40,000 nucleotides of DNA from Patescibacteria group bacterium. GTDB lineage: Bacteria > Acidobacteriota > Terriglobia > Acidiferrales > UBA7541. This document shows positions 8,608 to 16,006 of the stretch, one piece after another. The DNA lies in contig DATLSU010000020.1 of NCBI GenBank assembly GCA_035533975.1, positions 37,181-77,180 on the forward strand, given 5' to 3'. The notes under the pieces are model-generated. The model made no database searches, was not told the origin of the DNA, and was given only the letters and a program-made list of their open reading frames with translations. How positions within the stretch are numbered: the first letter of the stretch is position 1; each line of letters opens with the position of its first letter. A program made the position numbers and the translations under genes.

Positions 8608-9399
8608 ATGAAATTGTCGCAACCTAATGAAAACAAAAGCCGAGGCAGACCGAGAAAAACTACCGATGAAGAACTTTTACGCTACGAGGGACTTTGGGTT
8701 GACACTTTCACTGGCCTGCGCGACGGCACCTCTGAGGCTGAAACCGTCGTTCCCGCCAGATCGGGCATGTTTGTCAAATCGAGCGGGGGAGAACGCGAAC
8801 GGGTGTATTCACACGTTCCGGGCGAAGCCCCGCGCGTTGTGCATGAGCCAAGGTTTTCCACCACTCCCGACGAGAAGCGGCGTTGGACACTTCGCAAACA
8901 AGAAGAGGAAAAGCAGTTTGAAAAGACCATCCTGACGCCGCATGTTGACATTGCTCCAGCCATTCCCGATGAACGCAGCTTATGGGAAGCACTGAAGCGA
9001 GCACAGACAGCTGCTCAGGTCCGGAGAATTTGCAGTCGATCCAAAATATGGCTGAGGCCTCGAAGAATTGAGTTTCCGGACGGCGGTTTCGTGGAGTGGT
9101 GGGCCTTTCGGAGAGTCTTGTACCAAAGAGCGCAGGAATTTTGCCGAGCGAAACTCGACCCCCGGTATCCTGGGCGGGACCAGAGGGCATCGGGAGACTA
9201 CCGGAGAATCGAATATTTCGCTCGTGTGCTGTCAGGCCTAACCGTTGGGCTTGCGCCATCAACCGCCGTGGAGCGACTTAGAAGAATGCGGCATCCGGGA
9301 GAATGCGGGTGTTGGCGCTGCTTCCTGGGGATCGGCTCACAGTACGGTAAGAGCTTGGTACAACTTTTGTGCGAGCGCGGCCCCGCATGGCGAATATAA
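8608..9399 (+). CDS. Hypothetical protein, 263 aa, first gene of the rightward arm
   Basis: Long ORF divergent from the HTH gene. Basic N-terminus SRGRPRKTTDEE and C-terminal CGCWRC. No family recognised. Confidence 0.55.
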   Translation: MKLSQPNENKSRGRPRKTTDEELLRYEGLWVDTFTGLRDGTSEAETVVPARSGMFVKSSGGERERVYSHVPGEAPRVVHEPRFSTTPDEKRRWTLRKQEEEKQFEKTILTPHVDIAPAIPDERSLWEALKRAQTAAQVRRICSRSKIWLRPRRIEFPDGGFVEWWAFRRVLYQRAQEFCRAKLDPRYPGRDQRASGDYRRIEYFARVLSGLTVGLAPSTAVERLRRMRHPGECGCWRCFLGIGSQYGKSLVQLLCERGPAWRI

Positions 9400-9446
9400 G
9401 CGTTGTTCACTCAAGCAAAGAAAGGTTGACTGATACCTCTAAATAG

Positions 9447-9460
9447 ACTACATATGTAGT
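9447..9460. promoter_or_regulatory. Perfect 14-bp palindrome actacatatgtagt, candidate operator
   Basis: Self-complementary 14-mer abutting the GTG start of the Xis-like HTH gene. TTGACT lies at 9425-9430 upstream. Confidence 0.4.
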
Positions 9461-9682
9461 GTGAGTATACGCTTAACGACAGTCGAAACCGCTACGAAAA
9501 CGGGTCTCAATCGTGTCACCCTTCAGGAGTGGATTCGAACGGGCCGAGTGAAGGCTCCAAAGCTGGTGCTCCGCAACGGTAGGGCGGTGCGCCTCTGGTC
9601 TCAATCTGACATAGAGAGTTTGCAGCGGGTGAAGGCAGAAATCTACCGCAAAGGTAGAGGACGGAAGAAAAGCAAAGCATGA
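9461..9682 (+). CDS. Excisionase/MerR-superfamily small HTH protein, 73 aa
   Basis: LTTVETATKTGLNRVTLQEWIRTGRVKAPKL...RLWSQSDIESL matches the HTH_17/Xis-type pattern. GTG start. Confidence 0.65.
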   Translation: MSIRLTTVETATKTGLNRVTLQEWIRTGRVKAPKLVLRNGRAVRLWSQSDIESLQRVKAEIYRKGRGRKKSKA

Positions 9683-9751
9683 CAGAGCAGGACGCGCCGG
9701 TGCAGCAGCACCGGACGCGCCCCTAACCACCAAAGGAGGCGTCACACTCCA

Positions 9752-11392
9752 ATGGCAGCTACGCAGACGTTACCGCAGGTCCCGCAGGTCGGCAATTTCG
9801 AGGTTCCATCCTCAACCCCACCGGAACTCGGCATTTCAAAGAGCCAAACCGTAGAAGTGCTCACGCCAAGACGCGGTGTGGTTACTCTTTTTGGTTACGG
9901 GATCAGGGTCCGCGTGGATCGGGGCCACCTGATTCTTGAGGACGGGATCGGTGCTGCCCGTCGCGCGGGACGCTTCTCCCGCGTGAGGCATGGGCTAAAG
10001 CGTGTGGTTGCCATCGGGTCGGATGGCATGGTTTCGCTTGCGGCGCTCCGCTGGTTGGCTGACCAGGACGCGGCCTTTGCGATGCTCGACCGTAACGGCT
10101 CAGTGCTTGCCGTGACCGGCCCCGTTCGCCCCTCTGATGCCCGCTTGAGACGCGCTCAGGCTCTTGCAGTGCAATCCGGAACCGGCCTGCGAATTGCGCG
10201 ACAATTGGTGAATCAGAAAGTCGCTGCCCAGGAGCGGCTGGCCAGCGATGGCCTGCAAGCCCCGGCTGTTGCGCAAACGATTCGCGAAGCTCGGTCTGCA
10301 TTGGCTTCGGCTGCGACGATTGATTCCCTTCGCGCACAGGAAGCGCAGGCAGCCCACGCTTATTGGTCCGCATGGCGCAACATCCCGCTCACCTTTCCTA
10401 AGCAGGATGCCCGCCGCGTGCCGGATCACTGGCTGACTTTCGGGACGCGCATTTCTCCGCTTTCGGGTTCCCCCCGCCTTGCCGCCAATCCGGCTAATGC
10501 CATCCTGAATTACCTGTATGCCATCCTCGAAACGGAAGCCCGGCTTGCCGTTGCAGCACTTGGCCTCGATCCCGGTCTTGGCGTTATGCACCTCGATAGC
10601 CGGACACGCGACAGCTTGGCTTGCGATTTGATGGAACCGATCCGGCCACAGGTGGACGCCTATTTGCTCGAATGGATCACCCGCGAGGCATTCCGCCGGG
10701 AGTGGTTTTTTGAAGAGCGCAACGGCAACTGCCGCCTCATGGCTTCACTCGCTACCCAGTTGGCCGAAACCGGGCCGACTTGGGCAATGGCCGTTGCGCC
10801 CCTGGCGGAATGGGTGTCCCACACGCTGTGGAGAAGCATCTCCAAGTCAGTTCGCCGAAATTCGCCAGCAACAAGGCTCACCCAGTCTCACAAGCGCGGG
10901 GCCAAAGGAGCGACTCTCATGCCACCAGCCAAGCCCCTGCCCAGGCCTCCAGCTGTTTGCCGGGATTGCGGTGCCCCAATCAAACCAGGCCGGAATTACT
11001 GCGCTTTCTGCGGAGTTGTTTTTTCGAGGGCGGGTCTCATAGAGGCTGCAAAGCTCGGGCGAGCGGCCGGGCACAGCCCAGAGGCGCGTGCCCGCCAAGC
11101 TAAGAAGCAACGCCGCAATGCCGCTGCACTGAAGAGGTGGAATCCCACGGAGCAACCCGAGTGGCTGACGGAAAATTTCTATCGCGAAGAGATTCAGCCG
11201 CATCTTGCGGGTGTCACCGTACCGGCCATTGCTTCCGCCCTTGGCCTTTCCCAGCCTTACGCGGCGAGGATTCGGGCCGGTAAACAGTGCCCTCATCCAA
11301 GACATTGGCAAGCGTTGGCGCGGCTAGCAGGAGCTTCGCGGGATCGGAAGACACATCTTCAATGGTCGGCAAGCCGAATCGGAAGCCTATAG
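9752..11392 (+). CDS. cas1: Cas1 homolog (putative casposase) with C-terminal zinc ribbon and HTH, 546 aa
   Basis: NAILNYLYAILETEARLAVAALGLDPGLGVMHLDSRTRDSLACDLMEPIRPQVD carries the Cas1 catalytic E, H and D/E positions. CRDCGAPIKPGRNYCAFCG (10958-11014) is a CxxC...CxxC ribbon. VPAIASALGLSQPYAARIRAG is HTH-like. Confidence 0.9.
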   Translation: MAATQTLPQVPQVGNFEVPSSTPPELGISKSQTVEVLTPRRGVVTLFGYGIRVRVDRGHLILEDGIGAARRAGRFSRVRHGLKRVVAIGSDGMVSLAALRWLADQDAAFAMLDRNGSVLAVTGPVRPSDARLRRAQALAVQSGTGLRIARQLVNQKVAAQERLASDGLQAPAVAQTIREARSALASAATIDSLRAQEAQAAHAYWSAWRNIPLTFPKQDARRVPDHWLTFGTRISPLSGSPRLAANPANAILNYLYAILETEARLAVAALGLDPGLGVMHLDSRTRDSLACDLMEPIRPQVDAYLLEWITREAFRREWFFEERNGNCRLMASLATQLAETGPTWAMAVAPLAEWVSHTLWRSISKSVRRNSPATRLTQSHKRGAKGATLMPPAKPLPRPPAVCRDCGAPIKPGRNYCAFCGVVFSRAGLIEAAKLGRAAGHSPEARARQAKKQRRNAAALKRWNPTEQPEWLTENFYREEIQPHLAGVTVPAIASALGLSQPYAARIRAGKQCPHPRHWQALARLAGASRDRKTHLQWSASRIGSL

Positions 11393-11728
11393 CATCGAAG
11401 ACCCCCTATCTCGATCACGGCTGGACGCCTTCGCATTCCGCTCATTCTTCAGTAATTAAACAAGTGTTGTCGGAAAACAAAAGTTTTCTGTGGAAACTAT
11501 TTTCTAATGTTATTTCACTGGACGAAGGTCTTGTCATCCTGAAATACTTTTTCAGGACATAGAAAGTAGGTGGCAGGCAGCCAATTCAGGTGTCTCCCCT
11601 CCGCAGCGACTCAAGGAAACACGTCTTCCGATGGAAGGCGGGTTTCCAAATGAATTCCGTTTGTGATGGTGAGGGTCATGCCGCTGGCAGACTGCCCATT
11701 GCTGCAACTACCGGCTTGAGGAGAACAA

Positions 11729-11941
11729 ATGCCGAGAAGAAACTTGGAATCTCAAATCGTGCGGCTCCGACAGGAAATCGAAAGGCTCTCTGCTGAGCAC
11801 GCGGAGAAGATGAAGCAACAATCGAGCACAGCGAATGCCAAGCTGCGCGCAGCAGAGGCGAAGCGAGCCGAAATCCTGGCTCGCCGCATACGTCAACTGA
11901 ATGAGATGCTGGACGCCCTTCAGCGTGCGCAGTCAAATTGA
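11729..11941 (+). CDS. Small coiled-coil protein, 70 aa
   Basis: Heptad-like charged sequence LESQIVRLRQEIERLSAEHAEKMKQQ...LNEMLDALQRAQ. ATG start. Confidence 0.45.
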   Translation: MPRRNLESQIVRLRQEIERLSAEHAEKMKQQSSTANAKLRAAEAKRAEILARRIRQLNEMLDALQRAQSN

Positions 11942-12081
11942 GTGCTTGCCCACACGGGAAGCACGATCAAAAATGACGTCGAACACCCACCGGGACAGTG
12001 AATGAACTATCGAACCGAACGATGGTGCAATATATGAGTTCCGGTCGACTGAGCACCGATCCGTTCCCTGCCCCCTCTGGC

Positions 12082-12369
12082 CTACCCCAGGTCGAGAAGC
12101 GCAGCTTCGGCCCTAAGGCTTTCCAGAGTGTCTCGCAGGAGTTTCCTCGACTCTACACCGAACGATTTGGCCACAGCCTCAACGTCCTCCATGATCCAAG
12201 CCGCCGAGATGTCTACCGCCTCAGAAGGAGCAGCTTCACCATCGCCGCAGGTCTTCACTTGCCGTTTCGAAACGGTTAAGCGGAGCGAGCTCCCCCGTTC
12301 ATTACTACGCATGAGGGCCACCTTTGTACAAGAATTGTTCCGAGATGGAGACAAGAACATGTTTGGCAC
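12082..12369 (-). CDS. Hypothetical small protein, divergent from the XRE gene (strand assignment uncertain)
   Basis: A 95-aa ORF. A competing 150-aa ORF on the plus strand (12128-12580) covers the same DNA and cannot be excluded by eye. Confidence 0.3.
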   Translation of the reverse strand: MPNMFLSPSRNNSCTKVALMRSNERGSSLRLTVSKRQVKTCGDGEAAPSEAVDISAAWIMEDVEAVAKSFGVESRKLLRDTLESLRAEAALLDLG

Positions 12370-12591
12370 GCTATCACTTTTCGCCTGGAATGCTGAGAGC
12401 TATACCCGTGGGAAAGTGGCGACCTTGCCAAGTGCCTTTGGAGTAAACGTTCCAGCAGTGACGTTCGACTCAATAGCACGAAAGTGCCATGGATTGCGCC
12501 ATGTCCCGAACCTCCGCGTACTGGGCTGGCAATACCTTCAAGTTATAATGCTCTTGCTTTGCTCTGTAGCTCCGCGATAATCGTTTTCATT

Positions 12592-12945
12592 ATGATCATT
12601 GGCGAACGCATTAGAACCTTGAGGGAACTGAAGGGGCTCTCGCAGGGCGATATCGAGAAACGCAGCGGCCTGTTGAGATGCTACATTTCCCGCGTCGAAA
12701 ACGGTCACACCTCGCCGTCACTGGAAACCCTGGAGAAGTTCTCACGGGGGCTCGAAGTACCCCTACATGAACTGTTCTATGAGGGCGAGGAAGCTCCGGT
12801 TTTGTCTTCGCTAACCGCTGAAGACATCACCTTGCAGCCAAATAGCGGCCCGTCACTGCACCGACTCGCGGAACTGTTCAGAGGGTTGGGTCAGCAGGAC
12901 CGCCAGATCGTGCTTCAGACAGCCGAGCGGTTAAGCAAGATTTAG
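12592..12945 (+). CDS. XRE-family HTH transcriptional regulator, 117 aa
   Basis: IGERIRTLRELKGLSQGDIEKRSGLLRCYISRVENGHTSPSLETLEKFSRGLEV is a canonical Cro/C1 HTH. Start set at ATG 12592. Confidence 0.85.
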   Translation: MIIGERIRTLRELKGLSQGDIEKRSGLLRCYISRVENGHTSPSLETLEKFSRGLEVPLHELFYEGEEAPVLSSLTAEDITLQPNSGPSLHRLAELFRGLGQQDRQIVLQTAERLSKI

Positions 12946-13022
12946 CTTGTGCTGGCGCAGGTATGCTAGTGGGCTTGCAAGCTGACAGGGTGTTCCCAGC
13001 CCCCAAATCGAGCAAGGAAAGA

Positions 13023-13535
13023 CTACTCGCAAGCTCTCCCATAAGCCGGACGATCCCCTGCGTCTTCGGCCTGTGCCTGTGTCATGTATTCGCCGTGCTT
13101 CGTGGTCCCATACCACCTCGTGCCGGGGCAATGATAGACGCCCGAGGACGTATTGACCCAAACCTTTACGTTGGGATTGCCTTGATGCTCAGTCTTACCC
13201 GTTGTGCTCCCATGCTTCTTGGACGTGTTGGGCGAGGCAGACTCGCCTCCGCCCGACTGACAGGTTCTTCCGTATGCGGGGCGGTAACCCTTTTGTTGGG
13301 CCTCACCCTGCGCCATGTATTCGCCGCTCTTTGTTGCCCCATACCACCTCGTGCCAGGGCAGTGGTAAACCCCAGAATGTGTGTTGACCCAGACCTTGAT
13401 CTTGGAATTGTCCTGACTCTGTGAATGAGAGCGAGCTGTGTCCGACAACCCGTGCGGAATAGTGTTGGCTGGAACAGATGCCGGGACGAACAGCAAGGCC
13501 ACGATGAGGCCAATGGTTGCCAGCAGCCGACGCAT
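13023..13535 (-). CDS. Secreted protein with two tandem ~55-aa Cys-containing repeats
   Basis: Signal peptide MRRLLATIGLIVALLFVPASVPA. AAGGAGG lies 5 nt upstream of ATG 13535. Repeat KVWVNTxSGVYHCPGTRWYGxTKxGEYMxQxxAxxxGxRPAYGRxC occurs twice. Confidence 0.8.
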   Translation of the reverse strand: MRRLLATIGLIVALLFVPASVPANTIPHGLSDTARSHSQSQDNSKIKVWVNTHSGVYHCPGTRWYGATKSGEYMAQGEAQQKGYRPAYGRTCQSGGGESASPNTSKKHGSTTGKTEHQGNPNVKVWVNTSSGVYHCPGTRWYGTTKHGEYMTQAQAEDAGDRPAYGRACE

Positions 13536-13869
13536 AGCCACCTCCTTGTGATCTAAGAAAAGACCCCTGGGGCTAGAGAACCTTTTAACACCAATCGCGA
13601 GGTGTGGAACACATAAAGGTGATTTTGTTTTCTCAGGAAAGACCGGCGCAGGATCGATCCGAGATGCCCCTTCCTATCGGGTTAGATTGAATCGTTCGAG
13701 TGCGGGAATAGCGGTTAATCCTTGCGACATAATCCATTGGAAACGAACGTGTCGCGTCGTAGCATATCTGCCAACGGACGCTGTTGATGTACAGGGGGGC
13801 GCATCCTGGAAACGTGCGGCCTTCTTTCTCCTGCTGCGGCCTGAATGGCCAGGAGGGTAACAACCCCAA

Positions 13870-14178
13870 ATGACGAAAGAGCAATTGGGCGAAAGCCTCA
13901 GGTCGAGGCTGGCTCAGAAATGCACGCGCGGAGAAATGGACGGGAATCTGCCCAGTGGCAGGGAGTCTTTCTCGGAAAACCTGAAGAACACGAACGATGA
14001 CAACCTGATAGTTGGCTTCCTGAAGTGCGCCGTATGCGGTCAGATGAGCATGTCAGTGGAAGAAGCCGTGCGGTTCGCAGGGCATTGCGAAACCGCTGAT
14101 GATTGGGTCAGGTTCCTGGTTGGTTGGCAACAGCAGTTCGGTTGGTGTTGTCACGACATCGGCAAGCCGAATTGCTAG
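13870..14178 (+). CDS. Hypothetical Cys-rich protein, 102 aa
   Basis: ATG-initiated ORF in an AT-richer region. CAVCG and HCE/WCCH cysteine/histidine clusters. No family recognised. Confidence 0.4.
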   Translation: MTKEQLGESLRSRLAQKCTRGEMDGNLPSGRESFSENLKNTNDDNLIVGFLKCAVCGQMSMSVEEAVRFAGHCETADDWVRFLVGWQQQFGWCCHDIGKPNC

Positions 14179-14417
14179 GGGTACCCAGAGACATTGGGAG
14201 CCTATTGCACGGCGTTTTTCACTTAGGCCGGAGTTAACTCCTAGTCAACAGGTACCTCACATCAAGGCAAAGTCTCCGGCTCCGGAAACGTTGTATTCCC
14301 CCGAAACGAGAAATAGGTGAAAACAATACCTACATTGGTGATAGGGGTGTATAAGATATGCGTTGCCAGTGTTAATGGATGTCGGCCTTGAAAGTTCGGC
14401 CGAAAGGAGTACTGAGA

Positions 14418-15239
14418 ATGAAACACACATGGAGAATTGCACTCGCTTTGCTGTTGGGAGCGAGCACGGTGATGGCGCAGAATCCGGTGACGACGCCTGC
14501 GCCGGAACCCAAGCCAGCAGCGACTCCTGGGATCGTTCTGCAAGACGGCACGCCCGTGAAGCTCCGGTTGACTGAAACTATCTCGTCGGCAAGCGCTCAC
14601 GTAAACGACACCGTTCCCTTTGAAGTACTGGAGCAGATCAAGGTAGGCGGTCTCCTCGTCATCCCCAAAGGCAGCATGGCCTGGGGCACAGTGACCGAGG
14701 CGCAGCATAAACGGAGACTTGGCCGGGCAGGAAAACTCAACATCAGCGTTGTCGCCGTAAGGTTGCAGGACGGCGAAAAAGCCGCGCTCCGCGCCGTCAA
14801 GGATGTCAAAGGCGGCGGCCACCAAGGAGCGATAACGGGGGCAATCGTTGCGACAAGCATTGTATTTTTCCCGGTGGCCCCTCTGTTTCTTCTAATTCAT
14901 GGCAAAGATATAACCATCCCGCAAGGTACCGAAATTACGGCGTACATAAACGGGGACATGCCAATTGATCCGTCTAAATTCGGTGCGACGAATGCACCAG
15001 CGAATGCCGTAGCCAGCCCTGAGACCGTCCTGATTCAATCTGTGCCTACGGGAGCGGACATAACGATTGACGGTAACTATGCGGGGAGTACACCCTCGAC
15101 CCTGAAGCTCGGTCCTGGCCAGCACACAATTATTGTCAGCAAGTCCGGGTTCAAGCCTTGGCAGCGTACACTCAGCACTGAACCCGGCGCAAATGTCACT
15201 GTTGGCGCGACGTTGCAGGAGGACCAGAAAAAACAGTAA
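14418..15239 (+). CDS. Secreted PEGA-domain protein
   Basis: AAGGAG RBS before ATG 14418. Signal peptide MKHTWRIALALLLGASTVMAQ. C-terminal IQSVPTGADITIDGNYAGSTPSTLKLGPGQHTIIVSKSGFKPW is PEGA-like. Confidence 0.8.
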   Translation: MKHTWRIALALLLGASTVMAQNPVTTPAPEPKPAATPGIVLQDGTPVKLRLTETISSASAHVNDTVPFEVLEQIKVGGLLVIPKGSMAWGTVTEAQHKRRLGRAGKLNISVVAVRLQDGEKAALRAVKDVKGGGHQGAITGAIVATSIVFFPVAPLFLLIHGKDITIPQGTEITAYINGDMPIDPSKFGATNAPANAVASPETVLIQSVPTGADITIDGNYAGSTPSTLKLGPGQHTIIVSKSGFKPWQRTLSTEPGANVTVGATLQEDQKKQ

Positions 15240-15761
15240 AGAAAGGCTGTTGCATAACGCCCAACGAATCAGCCGCACGACAATATCGCGCCCGGCGTCG
15301 GTTCGACGGTGGAGTCTCGCGGAGGGAAAGAAAATTCCGCACTTGAAAATCCCGTGGAAGAACCGCCGGGACTGAGGGGAGGGCAAACGCGGTACGTTCC
15401 CTACAAGGTCGAGGCTACCTGTCGCCCGGAGTCCCCGGAGTTGGGTGCAGGGTAGAGGCGGGCTGGCTGGGCCGCAGCCTCTTTCTTCTATCATAGGAGT
15501 AATCTCGGAAGCCTTAGCTCCCGTCAATAGCTCGCGAGCTTTGTCAGACAGACCGCCACCCTCGCCCAATAGGTCTGCTAGCTTGAAATCTGCCATCGCA
15601 CACTGCGTGGTCGCTTTCAGCAGGTCCAGCAGAACGGCATTTTCCCCCGCGAGCACCCTTGAGCCTGCCACCCATGCCTCCCCCCCCCAGTGCGCGCACG
15701 GCCCAGGCCACACCAATGAGTGCCCTTGTGCCCACCCTCGCCTCAACCACAAGCCGTAGGG

Positions 15762-15794
15762 GGGCCGGTTTTGGCGCGCTCTATCTCCTATCCC
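15762..15794 (-). repeat. Right terminal inverted repeat of casposon-like element
   Basis: The reverse complement reads gggataggagatagagcgcgccaaaaccggccc. It matches 2448-2480 at 29/33 positions. Confidence 0.75.
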
Positions 15795-15808
15795 GTCAAC
15801 GCGAGCAG
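15795..15808. repeat. Right target-site duplication, gtcaacgcgagcag
   Basis: Perfect direct copy of 2434-2447. Confidence 0.75.
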
Positions 15809-16006
15809 TTGCCGAACAAGAACGGAAGCCGGATCGGAGAAACTCGGATTTCGAGGCCTTTGTCCCCGGGCGCTTGCGGCCGGCGGGCTTATAGCGCGCT
15901 TGCGCGGGACGCCGGGCGGAAATCCTGTCATAATCGATTCCACTTGCAGGACCGGCTGGGACCGTGTGAACGCAGCGGAAAATTCGAAACAATGAGGGGG
16001 CAGGGC

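Larger units (their letters stand above)
2448..15794. mobile_element. Casposon-like self-synthesising transposon (Cas1 casposase + PolB + HNH), 13,347 bp
   Basis: TIR plus 14-bp TSD boundaries. Solo Cas1, family B polymerase, HNH nuclease and HTH genes. No Cas2, CRISPR array or other recombinase. Composition is visibly AT-richer than the flanks over most of its length. Confidence 0.7.

Noticed and set aside
13040-13400. Tandem nucleotide repeat that might be a CRISPR-like or satellite array near a cas1 gene
   Set aside because: There are only two copies, both in frame inside one ORF. They encode a duplicated protein module and lack repeat-spacer periodicity.
2448-15794. Pipolin (piPolB element) or integrative prophage interpretation of the island
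   Set aside because: There is no tyrosine or serine recombinase and no tRNA-derived direct-repeat att sites. There are no capsid, terminase or tail genes. The presence of Cas1 with TIR plus TSD fits a casposon better. The PolB subtype remains unresolved.
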